The notes under the pieces are model-generated. The model searched no databases. It saw only the letters and a program-made list of their open reading frames with translations, and was not told the DNA's origin. Source: an uncultured virus (IMG/VR IMGVR_UViG_3300027969_000053) (taxonomy: Duplodnaviria > Heunggongvirae > Uroviricota > Caudoviricetes). From it: a stretch of 64,000 nucleotides of DNA. The stretch lies in the IMG/VR virus record IMGVR_UViG_3300027969_000053. One strand, written 5' to 3'. The position numbers were made by a program, and so were the translations under genes. Position 1 is the stretch's first letter, and each line of letters begins with the position of its first letter. Below, piece by piece: positions 1 to 8,389 of the stretch.

Positions 1-1
1 A

Positions 2-604
2 AAGGGTCATCTATCAAAATTAGATATTAAAGTTCTTTTATTGAAGCATAATCCACAAAAATTTGATGAATATGAAGACGAAATTCAGTATTTGATTACT
101 CACGAAAAAAGAAATAAATTTATCAAAAATCTGACTTTGGATCTAAAAGGAAATAGTTTAGTTCTTTTTAATCGTGTGGAAACTCACGGACAACCTCTCT
201 ATGAACTTATAAATAGTTCAGCATCAGATGAAAGAAAAATATTTTTTGTTCATGGTGGAGTGGATGCTGAGGAAAGAGAGCAAGTAAGAGCAATTACTGA
301 AAAAGAAGATAATGCAATTATTGTTGCGTCTTATGGTACATTCTCTACTGGAATTAACATTAAAAACCTACATAATGTTATTTTTGCTTCCCCCTCAAAA
401 TCCAGAGTTAGAAATTTACAATCAATTGGTAGAGTTCTAAGGACAAGTGAAAGTAAAACAAAAGCAGTATTATATGATATAGCGGATGATACTACTTACA
501 AATCAAAGAAAAATTATACATTGAATCATCTTGTAGAAAGAATTCGAATTTATAATGAAGAAAAATTTAATTATGAAATTATTCAAATAGACTTTAAAAA
601 TTAA
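2..604 (+). CDS. uvsW: UvsW RNA-DNA/DNA helicase, C-terminal part (gene starts before the window)
   Basis: Frame is open from base 2; SF2 motifs ASYGTFSTGINIKNLHN and QSIGRVLR; T4-like context. Confidence 0.92.
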   Translation, partial: KGHLSKLDIKVLLLKHNPQKFDEYEDEIQYLITHEKRNKFIKNLTLDLKGNSLVLFNRVETHGQPLYELINSSASDERKIFFVHGGVDAEEREQVRAITEKEDNAIIVASYGTFSTGINIKNLHNVIFASPSKSRVRNLQSIGRVLRTSESKTKAVLYDIADDTTYKSKKNYTLNHLVERIRIYNEEKFNYEIIQIDFKN

Positions 605-605
605 A

Positions 606-1004
606 ATGTACGAAGAAGAATTTTACGCAGCTATAAAAATGGTATCCGGAGAAGAAGTTTTCTCAAAAGTTTGTCCTTGTGAAGAAGAAGATAGAACTAT
701 CTTAATTTTAGACAATCCAGTTGTAATGGAAACTATTACCATGAAACAACTTGGAATGACCGCACTTAAAGTTGTTCCTTGGATGAAACTTACAGATGAC
801 ACAATGTTTATTGTGGATATGGAAAAAATTATCACTATGACGGAAGTAAATGAATCTTCAATTATTAAAGTATATGAAAAATATATTAAAGATGTAAATA
901 AAAAAACTAATAAATCAAAAATAAGTCCTAATATGGGATATATTTCTTCCATTTCTGAAGCTAGAATATCTTTGGAAAAACTTTATAAATCATCTAATAC
1001 TTAA
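606..1004 (+). CDS. conserved cyanomyovirus hypothetical protein (Sm-like fold possible)
   Basis: 132-aa ORF between uvsW and gp55; IKMVSGEEV motif. Confidence 0.7.
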   Translation: MYEEEFYAAIKMVSGEEVFSKVCPCEEEDRTILILDNPVVMETITMKQLGMTALKVVPWMKLTDDTMFIVDMEKIITMTEVNESSIIKVYEKYIKDVNKKTNKSKISPNMGYISSISEARISLEKLYKSSNT

Positions 1005-1066
1005 AGATATAACTTATCTATCAACCCTAACAGAGTGATTCTAACTGTTATCAAAACTAATGTCAA
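1005..1066 (-). promoter_or_regulatory. sigma70-type promoter followed by a ~35-bp conserved element, copy 1
   Basis: Minus strand TTGACA(1066-1061)-17-TAGAAT(1043-1038), then CACTCTGTTAGGGTTGATAGATAAGTTATATCT; near-identical to 38069-38103. Confidence 0.75.
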
Positions 1067-1069
1067 GTC

Positions 1070-1099
1070 TTTACAGATAAAGAAATATTATGGTATAAT
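1070..1099 (+). promoter_or_regulatory. sigma70-type promoter for gp55
   Basis: TTTACA-18-TATAAT with TG extended -10; back-to-back with the minus-strand promoter. Confidence 0.55.
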
Positions 1100-1125
1100 A
1101 GAGATAAATCAAAATTCATAAAATA

Positions 1126-1632
1126 ATGAAAGAAAGAAAAAATCCACATTATGTAAATAATAAAGATTTTCATGATGCCTTAATTGTATACAAAATGAAA
1201 ATTGATATTGCAAAGGAAAAATATTTCCAAAAATATGATAAGTATCCTCCAAACAATGGACCCTGGGAAGGAAAACCAAGAATACCAAATTATTTGGGAG
1301 ATTGCTTTTTGAAAATTGCTACACACCTTTCATATCGTCCGAACTTTGTAAATTATATGTTCCGCGAAGATATGATAAGTGATGGAGTGGAAAATGCAGT
1401 TCAATACATTCATAATTTTGATGTAGAAAGAACTAATCCATTTGCTTACTTTACTCAGATTGTTTATTATGCTTTTCTTCGCAGAATTCAAAGGGAGAAG
1501 AGGCAAATGGAAATTAAAGATAAACTAATTGAACGTAGTGGATTTGAAGAAGTATTTACATCAGATGAAAGTGGTTTTAATTCTGATTACAATACGATTA
1601 AAGATAATGTACATATTAAGATGAATCAATGA
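1126..1632 (+). CDS. gp55: late-transcription sigma factor gp55
   Basis: HYVNNKDF, CFLKIATHLSYRPNFVNY, NPFAYFTQIVYYAFLRRIQREK. Confidence 0.95.
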   Translation: MKERKNPHYVNNKDFHDALIVYKMKIDIAKEKYFQKYDKYPPNNGPWEGKPRIPNYLGDCFLKIATHLSYRPNFVNYMFREDMISDGVENAVQYIHNFDVERTNPFAYFTQIVYYAFLRRIQREKRQMEIKDKLIERSGFEEVFTSDESGFNSDYNTIKDNVHIKMNQ

Positions 1633-1678
1633 AACTTGGATTAAATAGAATCTTTATCCTAAGCATTGTCATTAATTA

Positions 1679-1728
1679 TTTCTAACCGCAAAATATTATA
1701 AATATTTGTGATACTATGCAGTTAGAAA
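1679..1728 (+). promoter_or_regulatory. late promoter TATAAATA inside an inverted repeat upstream of the HNH gene
   Basis: TTTCTAACCGCA(1679-1690) / TGCAGTTAGAAA(1717-1728) flank TATAAATA(1697-1704). Confidence 0.7.
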
Positions 1729-1732
1729 AACA

Positions 1733-2377
1733 ATGAAAACAGGAAAATACGCAAAATATACACCCGAAGAACGCAAAAAAATACAAGCAGAAAATTTGCG
1801 AAAAAATAAAGAAACAGCAAAAGAAAGAGGATACACTAGAAGAAATGCTGCTCGTGAAGAAGCAATTGAAGAAGGCAAAAAAACTTATGAAGGTCCTATT
1901 GCTTGTAAAAAATGTGGTAGTTATGAAAAGTATGTGTCTAGTAGGAATTGTGCTCCTTGTGCTATAAAATCTGGTTTAGAAAAACTTAATAATAAAGAGT
2001 TGATGGAACCTTATAGAACAAAGGAGAAGAAACAAAAATATTGTGAGGACAATAAAGAAAAAGTTAATGGAATAAAAAGAAAATATGCTAAAACTGAAAG
2101 GGGCAAGGCAATAGGTTGTGAAAAGTCAAGGAGGTATAGTGCCAGAAAACAACTTGGCATTCCGGTAGATATTACAGAACAGCAACTTAGGCAAATACAG
2201 GAAGTATATCAACAGGCACAGCACTTGACTTTTACTACTGGTGTGCAGTATGATGTAGACCATATTGTTCCCTTATTTGAAGGTGGATTGCACCATCCGA
2301 ATAATTTACAAGTTATCACACACAAAGAGCATCTTATGAAAACTGCGAAAGAAAATAGTAGGAGGCAACAGAAGTGA
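1733..2377 (+). CDS. free-standing HNH endonuclease
   Basis: C-terminal YDVDHIVPLFEGGLHHPNNLQVITHKEH; CxxC pairs in the N-terminal half. Confidence 0.88.
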   Translation: MKTGKYAKYTPEERKKIQAENLRKNKETAKERGYTRRNAAREEAIEEGKKTYEGPIACKKCGSYEKYVSSRNCAPCAIKSGLEKLNNKELMEPYRTKEKKQKYCEDNKEKVNGIKRKYAKTERGKAIGCEKSRRYSARKQLGIPVDITEQQLRQIQEVYQQAQHLTFTTGVQYDVDHIVPLFEGGLHHPNNLQVITHKEHLMKTAKENSRRQQK

Positions 2378-3417
2378 AGGTGGGTTTGATTTGTGACACC
2401 CACTATGGATTTAAGAAAGCAAATAAATCTTTTCACGATTATTTTGCTAAATTTTATGGTGAAGTATTTTTCCCTATATTAGAAAAAAGAAAAATCAAAA
2501 CAGTAGTTCATTTGGGAGATTCTTTTGATAATCGCAAAGGTGTTGATTATTGGGCATTAGAATGGGCAAAGAAGAATGTTTATGACCGATTTGAAAAATT
2601 GGGAATCACAGTTTATAATATAGTAGGAAACCACGATTCTTATTATAAGAATTCCAATGAAGTAAATGCAGTTGATGGATTGTTAAAACAATATGATAAT
2701 GTGATACCAATTTCAAGACCAACAGAAATTTGTATTGAAGGAATGAATTCTTTGGTTCTTCCTTGGATTTGTTCCGATAATGAAGAAGAAACTTTTAATT
2801 TAATTCAAGAAACCAAAGCAAAAGTTGTTTTTGGGCATTTAGAGTTAAATGGATTTTCTGCTTATCCTGGCCATATTATGACTGATGGATTGTCTGCTGA
2901 AAAATTTGAAAAATTTGATAGAGTATTTACCGGTCATTATCATACTAAATCTGATAATGAAAAAGTATTTTATCTCGGAAATCCTTATCAAATGTTTTGG
3001 AATGATGTGGATGATGCTAGAGGATTTCATATTTTTGATACTGATACTTATGAATTGGAATATTTTAAAAATCCATACAATATATTTGAAAGAATCTACT
3101 ATGAAGATAGTGATATAAAAAAAATTGACAGTCCCATTTTAAAAGATAAAATTGTAAAAGTTATAGTTCGCAAAAAAACAAATCAATTAAATTTTGATAA
3201 ATTTTTAGATAAAATTGTAAAATCTTCACCTTTAGATTTGAAAGTTGTAGAAATTATTGATGTTGATGATGAAGATGTAGATTGCGAAGAAATATCTGCA
3301 GAAGATACATTATCCATTTTGGATAAATATGTAGAAGAAGCGGAATTTGGTTTAGACAAAACTATAATCAAAAAACTACTTCGGGATGTATATAAAGAAG
3401 CATTGGAATCAAACTGA
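2374..3417 (+). CDS. gp47: recombination endonuclease subunit gp47 (Mre11/SbcD-like)
   Basis: Metallophosphoesterase motifs DTHYG, LGDSFD, GNHD, GHYH. Confidence 0.95.
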   Translation: MKVGLICDTHYGFKKANKSFHDYFAKFYGEVFFPILEKRKIKTVVHLGDSFDNRKGVDYWALEWAKKNVYDRFEKLGITVYNIVGNHDSYYKNSNEVNAVDGLLKQYDNVIPISRPTEICIEGMNSLVLPWICSDNEEETFNLIQETKAKVVFGHLELNGFSAYPGHIMTDGLSAEKFEKFDRVFTGHYHTKSDNEKVFYLGNPYQMFWNDVDDARGFHIFDTDTYELEYFKNPYNIFERIYYEDSDIKKIDSPILKDKIVKVIVRKKTNQLNFDKFLDKIVKSSPLDLKVVEIIDVDDEDVDCEEISAEDTLSILDKYVEEAEFGLDKTIIKKLLRDVYKEALESN

Positions 3418-3701
3418 TGTATTTACTTACAATTAAAGGAAAAGAAGACGAAGGGGCATATGCCGTAACCGATGAAGATGGAGAAAAGGCTCTGTATCTT
3501 TTTGAGGATGGTGATGATGCTGAACGTTATTCTGGATTATTGGAAGCAGAAGATTATCCTGAAATGACTATAATTGAAGTTGATGATGATCTTGCAGTAA
3601 AAACCTGCGAGATCTATGGGTACAATTATGTTATAATTAATTCAAATGATTTTGTAATACCACCAAGAGAATATGATACTGTTCAAGCGAATAAAATTTA
3701 A
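3417..3701 (+). CDS. conserved acidic hypothetical protein
   Basis: 94-aa ORF translationally coupled between gp47 and gp46. Confidence 0.7.
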   Translation: MYLLTIKGKEDEGAYAVTDEDGEKALYLFEDGDDAERYSGLLEAEDYPEMTIIEVDDDLAVKTCEIYGYNYVIINSNDFVIPPREYDTVQANKI

Positions 3702-5388
3702 GAATTTTTTGTCTTCTGGAAATACGCCAACAGAAATTAATTTTGCCGAAGTTTCAACAACATTAATTGTTGGAACAAATGGTTCTGGCAAAAGTACAAT
3801 GTTGGATGCCTTGTGTTTTGTTTTATTCAATAAAGCATTTAGAAAGATTGTAAAAAATCAACTCATCAATTCAACCAATGAAAAAGAATGTCTGGTTGAA
3901 ATTGAATTTAATATTTCAGACAAAGAATATAAAGTCATAAGAGGAATTAAACCAAATATTTTTGAAATTTGGATTGATGGTGTTCTACAAAATCAAGTAG
4001 CAGCATCAAACGACCAACAAAAATACCTAGAAGATACAATACTGAAATTAAATTATAAATCATTTACGCAAATTGTAATTCTTGGAAGTGCTTCTTTTGT
4101 GCCTTTTATGCAACTTTCGGCAGCACATCGTCGTGAAGTTGTGGAAGACTTATTGGATATTAAAATATTTTCAACAATGAATTCCATTTTAAAAGAAAAA
4201 ATAAGAAATTCAAATGAAAAAATAAAAGAATTCACTTTGCTTGAAAAATCAATTGACGAAAAGATTTTGATGCAGACTGATTTTATTGAAGAATTGGAAA
4301 AAAGAGGTAAAAAAAATATAGAGCAAAAGCAAAATAAAATTCAAGAACTTTTTGATTTAGAAGTTTCTGTGAGTGATGAAATTGACGCGATACAAAAAAA
4401 AGTTGTTTCATTAAATTCGCAACTTGAAGAGTTTTCGGATGCAGCAACTAAACTCAAAAAACTCACCTCCCTTAAAGGAAAAATACAACAAAAAGTTATT
4501 TCTATTACTGAAGAGCACAAATTTTTTAATGAGAATTCTGTATGTCCAACTTGCAAACAATCAATTGAAGAAGATTTTAGGTTCAATAAAGTAAATGAAA
4601 TAGAAACAAATTCAAAAGATTTGAAAGAAGGATATGTTGAATTGGAAAGGACAATTGAAGATGAAGAAAAAAGAGAAGAACAATTCATTCAAATTTCAAA
4701 AGAAATATCAAGATTGAATAATGAAATTTCCAAAGATAATATTTGTATTTCAAATTACAGAAAAAATATTAAAGAATTGCAGAATGAAATTCAAACCATT
4801 ACAGAGCAATTTGAAAATAAAAACATTGAAACCGAAAAATTAAAATTTTTACATAAAGAAAAAGAAGATAATTTTAAAAAGAAATCAAAATATAAAGAAA
4901 CTGTAAATTATTTTGACTTTGCTCAACTTTTAATGAAAGACGGTGGGGTTAAATCAAAAATTATTCAAAAGTATATTCCATTGATGAATCAACAAATCAA
5001 TAAGTATTTGCAGATGATGGAGTTTTATATTAATTTTACTCTTGATGATGAATTCAAAGAACATATTAAATCTCCAATTCACGAAGATTTCAGTTATGAA
5101 AGTTTTAGTGAAGGCGAAAAAATGAGAATTAACTTGGCAATTCTTTTCACTTGGAGAGAAATTGCTAGAATGAAAAATAGTGTCTCTACAAATCTTTTGA
5201 TTTTAGATGAAGTTTTTGATAGTTCTTTAGATAATACTGGAACTGATTACTTTACAAAAATCATCAAATATGTGATTAAAGATACTAATGTGTTTGTGAT
5301 TTCGCATAAGACAGATGAATTGATTGCTAAGTTTGATAAAATTATTACATTTGAAAAAGTGAAAGGATTTTCTAAGATAAGCACTTGA
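3673..5388 (+). CDS. gp46: recombination ATPase subunit gp46 (Rad50/SbcC-like)
   Basis: Walker A GTNGSGKS, zinc hook CPTC, FSEGEK signature, LILDEVFD. Confidence 0.96.
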   Translation: MILFKRIKFKNFLSSGNTPTEINFAEVSTTLIVGTNGSGKSTMLDALCFVLFNKAFRKIVKNQLINSTNEKECLVEIEFNISDKEYKVIRGIKPNIFEIWIDGVLQNQVAASNDQQKYLEDTILKLNYKSFTQIVILGSASFVPFMQLSAAHRREVVEDLLDIKIFSTMNSILKEKIRNSNEKIKEFTLLEKSIDEKILMQTDFIEELEKRGKKNIEQKQNKIQELFDLEVSVSDEIDAIQKKVVSLNSQLEEFSDAATKLKKLTSLKGKIQQKVISITEEHKFFNENSVCPTCKQSIEEDFRFNKVNEIETNSKDLKEGYVELERTIEDEEKREEQFIQISKEISRLNNEISKDNICISNYRKNIKELQNEIQTITEQFENKNIETEKLKFLHKEKEDNFKKKSKYKETVNYFDFAQLLMKDGGVKSKIIQKYIPLMNQQINKYLQMMEFYINFTLDDEFKEHIKSPIHEDFSYESFSEGEKMRINLAILFTWREIARMKNSVSTNLLILDEVFDSSLDNTGTDYFTKIIKYVIKDTNVFVISHKTDELIAKFDKIITFEKVKGFSKIST

Positions 5389-5437
5389 CTTTTTTTGATT
5401 TTTGTGTTAGTATTTTAAGGTAGTTTGATACTAAATT

Positions 5438-5746
5438 ATGAAATGGAAGTACAATGAAGAACAAATTCTAAAAGATATTGGTGAATATGTTCTCAGTACA
5501 TATGGTAGTCATTACGTCGGCAGTGAAGAAGGATATGAAGATATTCAAACGATTGATTTGGCTGCTTCCAAAGGACTTGCTCAAGACTTCTGTCAAGTGA
5601 ATATTTTGAAGTATGGTTCTAGATATGGGCAAAAGAATGGTCGCAATAAAAGAGATTTGCTTAAAGTCATTCATTATGCTATGCTACTTCTTCACTTTGA
5701 CAGGCACTATAGCCGTGTTGATAATGGACTGGATGAATTTAAATGA
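5438..5746 (+). CDS. conserved phage protein (DUF3310-like)
   Basis: HY...FCQVNILKYGSRYGQKNG...DLLKVIHY pattern. Confidence 0.65.
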   Translation: MKWKYNEEQILKDIGEYVLSTYGSHYVGSEEGYEDIQTIDLAASKGLAQDFCQVNILKYGSRYGQKNGRNKRDLLKVIHYAMLLLHFDRHYSRVDNGLDEFK

Positions 5747-6408
5747 AACTATCTGAAAATACAATTTCAATTCTTAAAAACTTTGCGTCAATTAATCAAT
5801 CTATTCTTGTGAAGAGTGGATCAAAAATTCGCACTATGTCTGTAATAAAAACTATCTTGGCACAGGCAGAAGTAGAAGAAGAATTTCCAAAAGACTTTGC
5901 AATTTATGATTTAAATCAATTTCTAAACGGTCTTAGCCTTCACCAAGACCCAGAACTTGATTTTTCAAATGATAATTATCTTGTAATCCGAGAAGGGAAA
6001 CGTAAGGTAAAGTATTTCTTTGCTGATCCAGAAGTAATTGTTTCTGCGCCAGAAAAAGAAATTGAACTTCCTTCCAAAGATGTTTGTTTTCAACTTGATC
6101 ATTCCCATTTAGATAAATTGAAAAAAGCATCAGCAGTATATCAGTTGAATGATCTATCTGTAATTGGTGATGCTGGTGTAATTCGTTTGGTTGTAAGAGA
6201 TAAGAGAAACGATACTTCTAACGAGTATTCAATTACTGTGGGAGAAACTGATAAGGAATTTGTGTTTAATTTTAAAGTTGAAAATCTTAAAATTATTCCA
6301 ACAAATTATGATGTTGTGATTTCATCTAAACTCATTTCCCAATTTACAAATGAGAAGTATAATTTGAATTATTGGATTCCAATGGAACCCGATTCTGAAT
6401 TTAAATAA
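5743..6408 (+). CDS. gp45: DNA polymerase sliding clamp gp45
   Basis: MKLSENTISILKNFASINQS, FAIYDLNQFL. Confidence 0.95.
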   Translation: MKLSENTISILKNFASINQSILVKSGSKIRTMSVIKTILAQAEVEEEFPKDFAIYDLNQFLNGLSLHQDPELDFSNDNYLVIREGKRKVKYFFADPEVIVSAPEKEIELPSKDVCFQLDHSHLDKLKKASAVYQLNDLSVIGDAGVIRLVVRDKRNDTSNEYSITVGETDKEFVFNFKVENLKIIPTNYDVVISSKLISQFTNEKYNLNYWIPMEPDSEFK

Positions 6409-6425
6409 CTTTATTTTTTTATATT

Positions 6426-6956
6426 ATGAACATTTTTGCCAATGATCAGTGTCCGGTGCTTTCTGCCGTGGCACTTCCTGACAAATACTCAGTGAAAATG
6501 CCCTTGGAGACCTGTCAGATGATTTCTGTCATCTACTCCAAGTGGTACTATGATTGGGGAACCATTCCAAAGAAAGACGGCACCCCCTATAATACAGAGA
6601 AGGGTGCCTTCCGTAATCATCCTTGTACTCAATGGGCAGCAAAATCCCACGAGAACCTTGCTTGGTTGATTCGGCACGGATTTGCCCTTTGTAATGAGTA
6701 TCGGCATCGTTATGAAAAAGACCACGCTTGTATGAAAGGTCTTGAAGTTGCGGAGAATATCTTTGCTACTAAAAGTGGAAAAGAAATCGGTATCTACAAA
6801 AATGTGGTAGAATTCACAAGGGCAATGTCGGATGAGTTCAAGTGCGATACTTCAATTGATACATTTGAGGCATATAGAAGATATGTTGCCTCCAAACCCT
6901 GGGTGAAGGATAATTACCTTCGCATCCCCGAAAGACGACCGCAATGGGTGGTATAA
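6426..6956 (+). CDS. pyrimidine-dimer DNA glycosylase (DenV)-family protein
   Basis: MNIF..., DK..VKMPLETCQM, NHPCTQWA, EYRHRY motifs; visibly higher GC than its neighbours. Confidence 0.7.
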   Translation: MNIFANDQCPVLSAVALPDKYSVKMPLETCQMISVIYSKWYYDWGTIPKKDGTPYNTEKGAFRNHPCTQWAAKSHENLAWLIRHGFALCNEYRHRYEKDHACMKGLEVAENIFATKSGKEIGIYKNVVEFTRAMSDEFKCDTSIDTFEAYRRYVASKPWVKDNYLRIPERRPQWVV

Positions 6957-7048
6957 ATAATGATGCCTGGTTTGTTCGCACTTTTCGGGTGGGGGAGTAG
7001 AAATGCTCTCCCTTATAAATAGTATTGCGAACAAACAACAGAGCAGAA
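6952..7048 (+). ncRNA. candidate small structured RNA cassette with two late promoters, copy 1
   Basis: TATAAATA(6952-6959); GCCTG/CGGGT stem with loop GTTTGTTCGCA; GGGAG/CTCCC hairpin; TATAAATA(7014-7021); TGCGAACAAAC complementary to the loop. Confidence 0.6.
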
Positions 7049-7618
7049 ATGTATTACTACACTTACGCATATTTGCGTGAAGATAAAACTCCTTATTATA
7101 TTGGTAAGGGTAAAGGTAATAGAATTAACTCTAAACAAAGAAGTATAAAACCCCCCAAAGATAAAAGTAGAATAATATACCTCAAACAAAATCTAACTGA
7201 AGCAGAGGCATTTAGACACGAAATCTATATGATTGCTGTGTTCGGTAGAAAGGATTTAGGAACTGGTATTCTTCATAATAGAACTGATGGTGGTGATGGT
7301 GCTTCTGGTACTGTAAGAAGTGTGGAAGTTAAGAAAAAGCAAAGTGAAAGGATGAGTGGAGAAAACAATCCTCACTATGGTAAAAGAGGTAAAGAGGGAC
7401 CTCATTATGGTAAAAAACATACGCAAGAAACAAAAGATAGAATAAGAAAATCTCTACAAGGTAATGTAATTTCCAAAGAAACTAGAATAAAGATTAGTGA
7501 AAAAAATAAACTAAATCAACTTGGAGAAAACAATTCCTTTTATGGGAGAAAACATACAGAAGAAACTAAAAGAAAAATGAGTGAGGCAGCAAAACGAAGA
7601 AAAGAAAAAGGTTCTTGA
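7049..7618 (+). CDS. GIY-YIG homing endonuclease with NUMOD3 repeats
   Basis: YTYAY...YYIGKG.GNR; GENNPHYGK and GRKHTEETKRKMSE repeats; ATG at 7049 downstream of the late promoter. Confidence 0.88.
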   Translation: MYYYTYAYLREDKTPYYIGKGKGNRINSKQRSIKPPKDKSRIIYLKQNLTEAEAFRHEIYMIAVFGRKDLGTGILHNRTDGGDGASGTVRSVEVKKKQSERMSGENNPHYGKRGKEGPHYGKKHTQETKDRIRKSLQGNVISKETRIKISEKNKLNQLGENNSFYGRKHTEETKRKMSEAAKRRKEKGS

Positions 7619-7670
7619 CTTTTGTTGATTGTCGTGCTAAACTAAACACTAAACCTTACTGGATTTAATT

Positions 7671-8108
7671 ATGACTACGATTAAAACTTATGCGATTAAT
7701 GAACTCACCAGAATTGGAATGTATAATTCTGGGGAAGAAATGAATGATGAAATGTGTGAACATATTCTCAAAATAGTGGATGTATTTGACGAAGAGGGGC
7801 ACTCTGGATTTTCGGCAGAATATGCGATTGGTATTCTTCAAAAACTTCTAAGATGGGAACCACTTTCGCCCTTGACTGGTGATGATGATGAGTGGAAGAA
7901 TTTGGAGAATGAAGGATTTCAAAATAAGAGATGCTCTCGTGTCTTCAAGGATGAAAAAGGTGGACAAGCATATGATATTCGTGGCAAAGTCTTCGTAAAT
8001 CCTGATGGTGCTGCTTTTACTAGTCGTGACAGTCGGGTGTATATTGACTTTCCGTATGTTCCTAAAACTGAATATGTAAATGTAGAACACGAAACTACTG
8101 AAGACTGA
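7671..8108 (+). CDS. hypothetical protein
   Basis: 145-aa ORF downstream of a TTGACT-17-TAAACT promoter-like site; GHSGFSA and PLSPLTG motifs. Confidence 0.7.
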   Translation: MTTIKTYAINELTRIGMYNSGEEMNDEMCEHILKIVDVFDEEGHSGFSAEYAIGILQKLLRWEPLSPLTGDDDEWKNLENEGFQNKRCSRVFKDEKGGQAYDIRGKVFVNPDGAAFTSRDSRVYIDFPYVPKTEYVNVEHETTED

Positions 8109-8110
8109 TT

Positions 8111-8347
8111 ATGACTTTTAAATTAACACAAGAACAAATCGATACTATTCGAGAAGTATTTGATAAACAATCACCCGGACAGTATGATTTTGATTGTTGG
8201 GAAGGAATATACAAACAACTCCTACTGGCGGATGAAAAATATATTAAAATAACTGAAGAAGGAAAGGAAGTACTTTCAATTTTTTATCTGAAACCTCAAG
8301 GTAGGGGACCACTTTGTATCGAAATGGTAAAAGTAACCAGAGATTGA
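8111..8347 (+). CDS. hypothetical protein
   Basis: 78-aa ORF in operon arrangement. Confidence 0.55.
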   Translation: MTFKLTQEQIDTIREVFDKQSPGQYDFDCWEGIYKQLLLADEKYIKITEEGKEVLSIFYLKPQGRGPLCIEMVKVTRD

Positions 8348-8389
8348 GATTATTCGCAGATTATTATTACCTTTGAACTTATTTAAATT

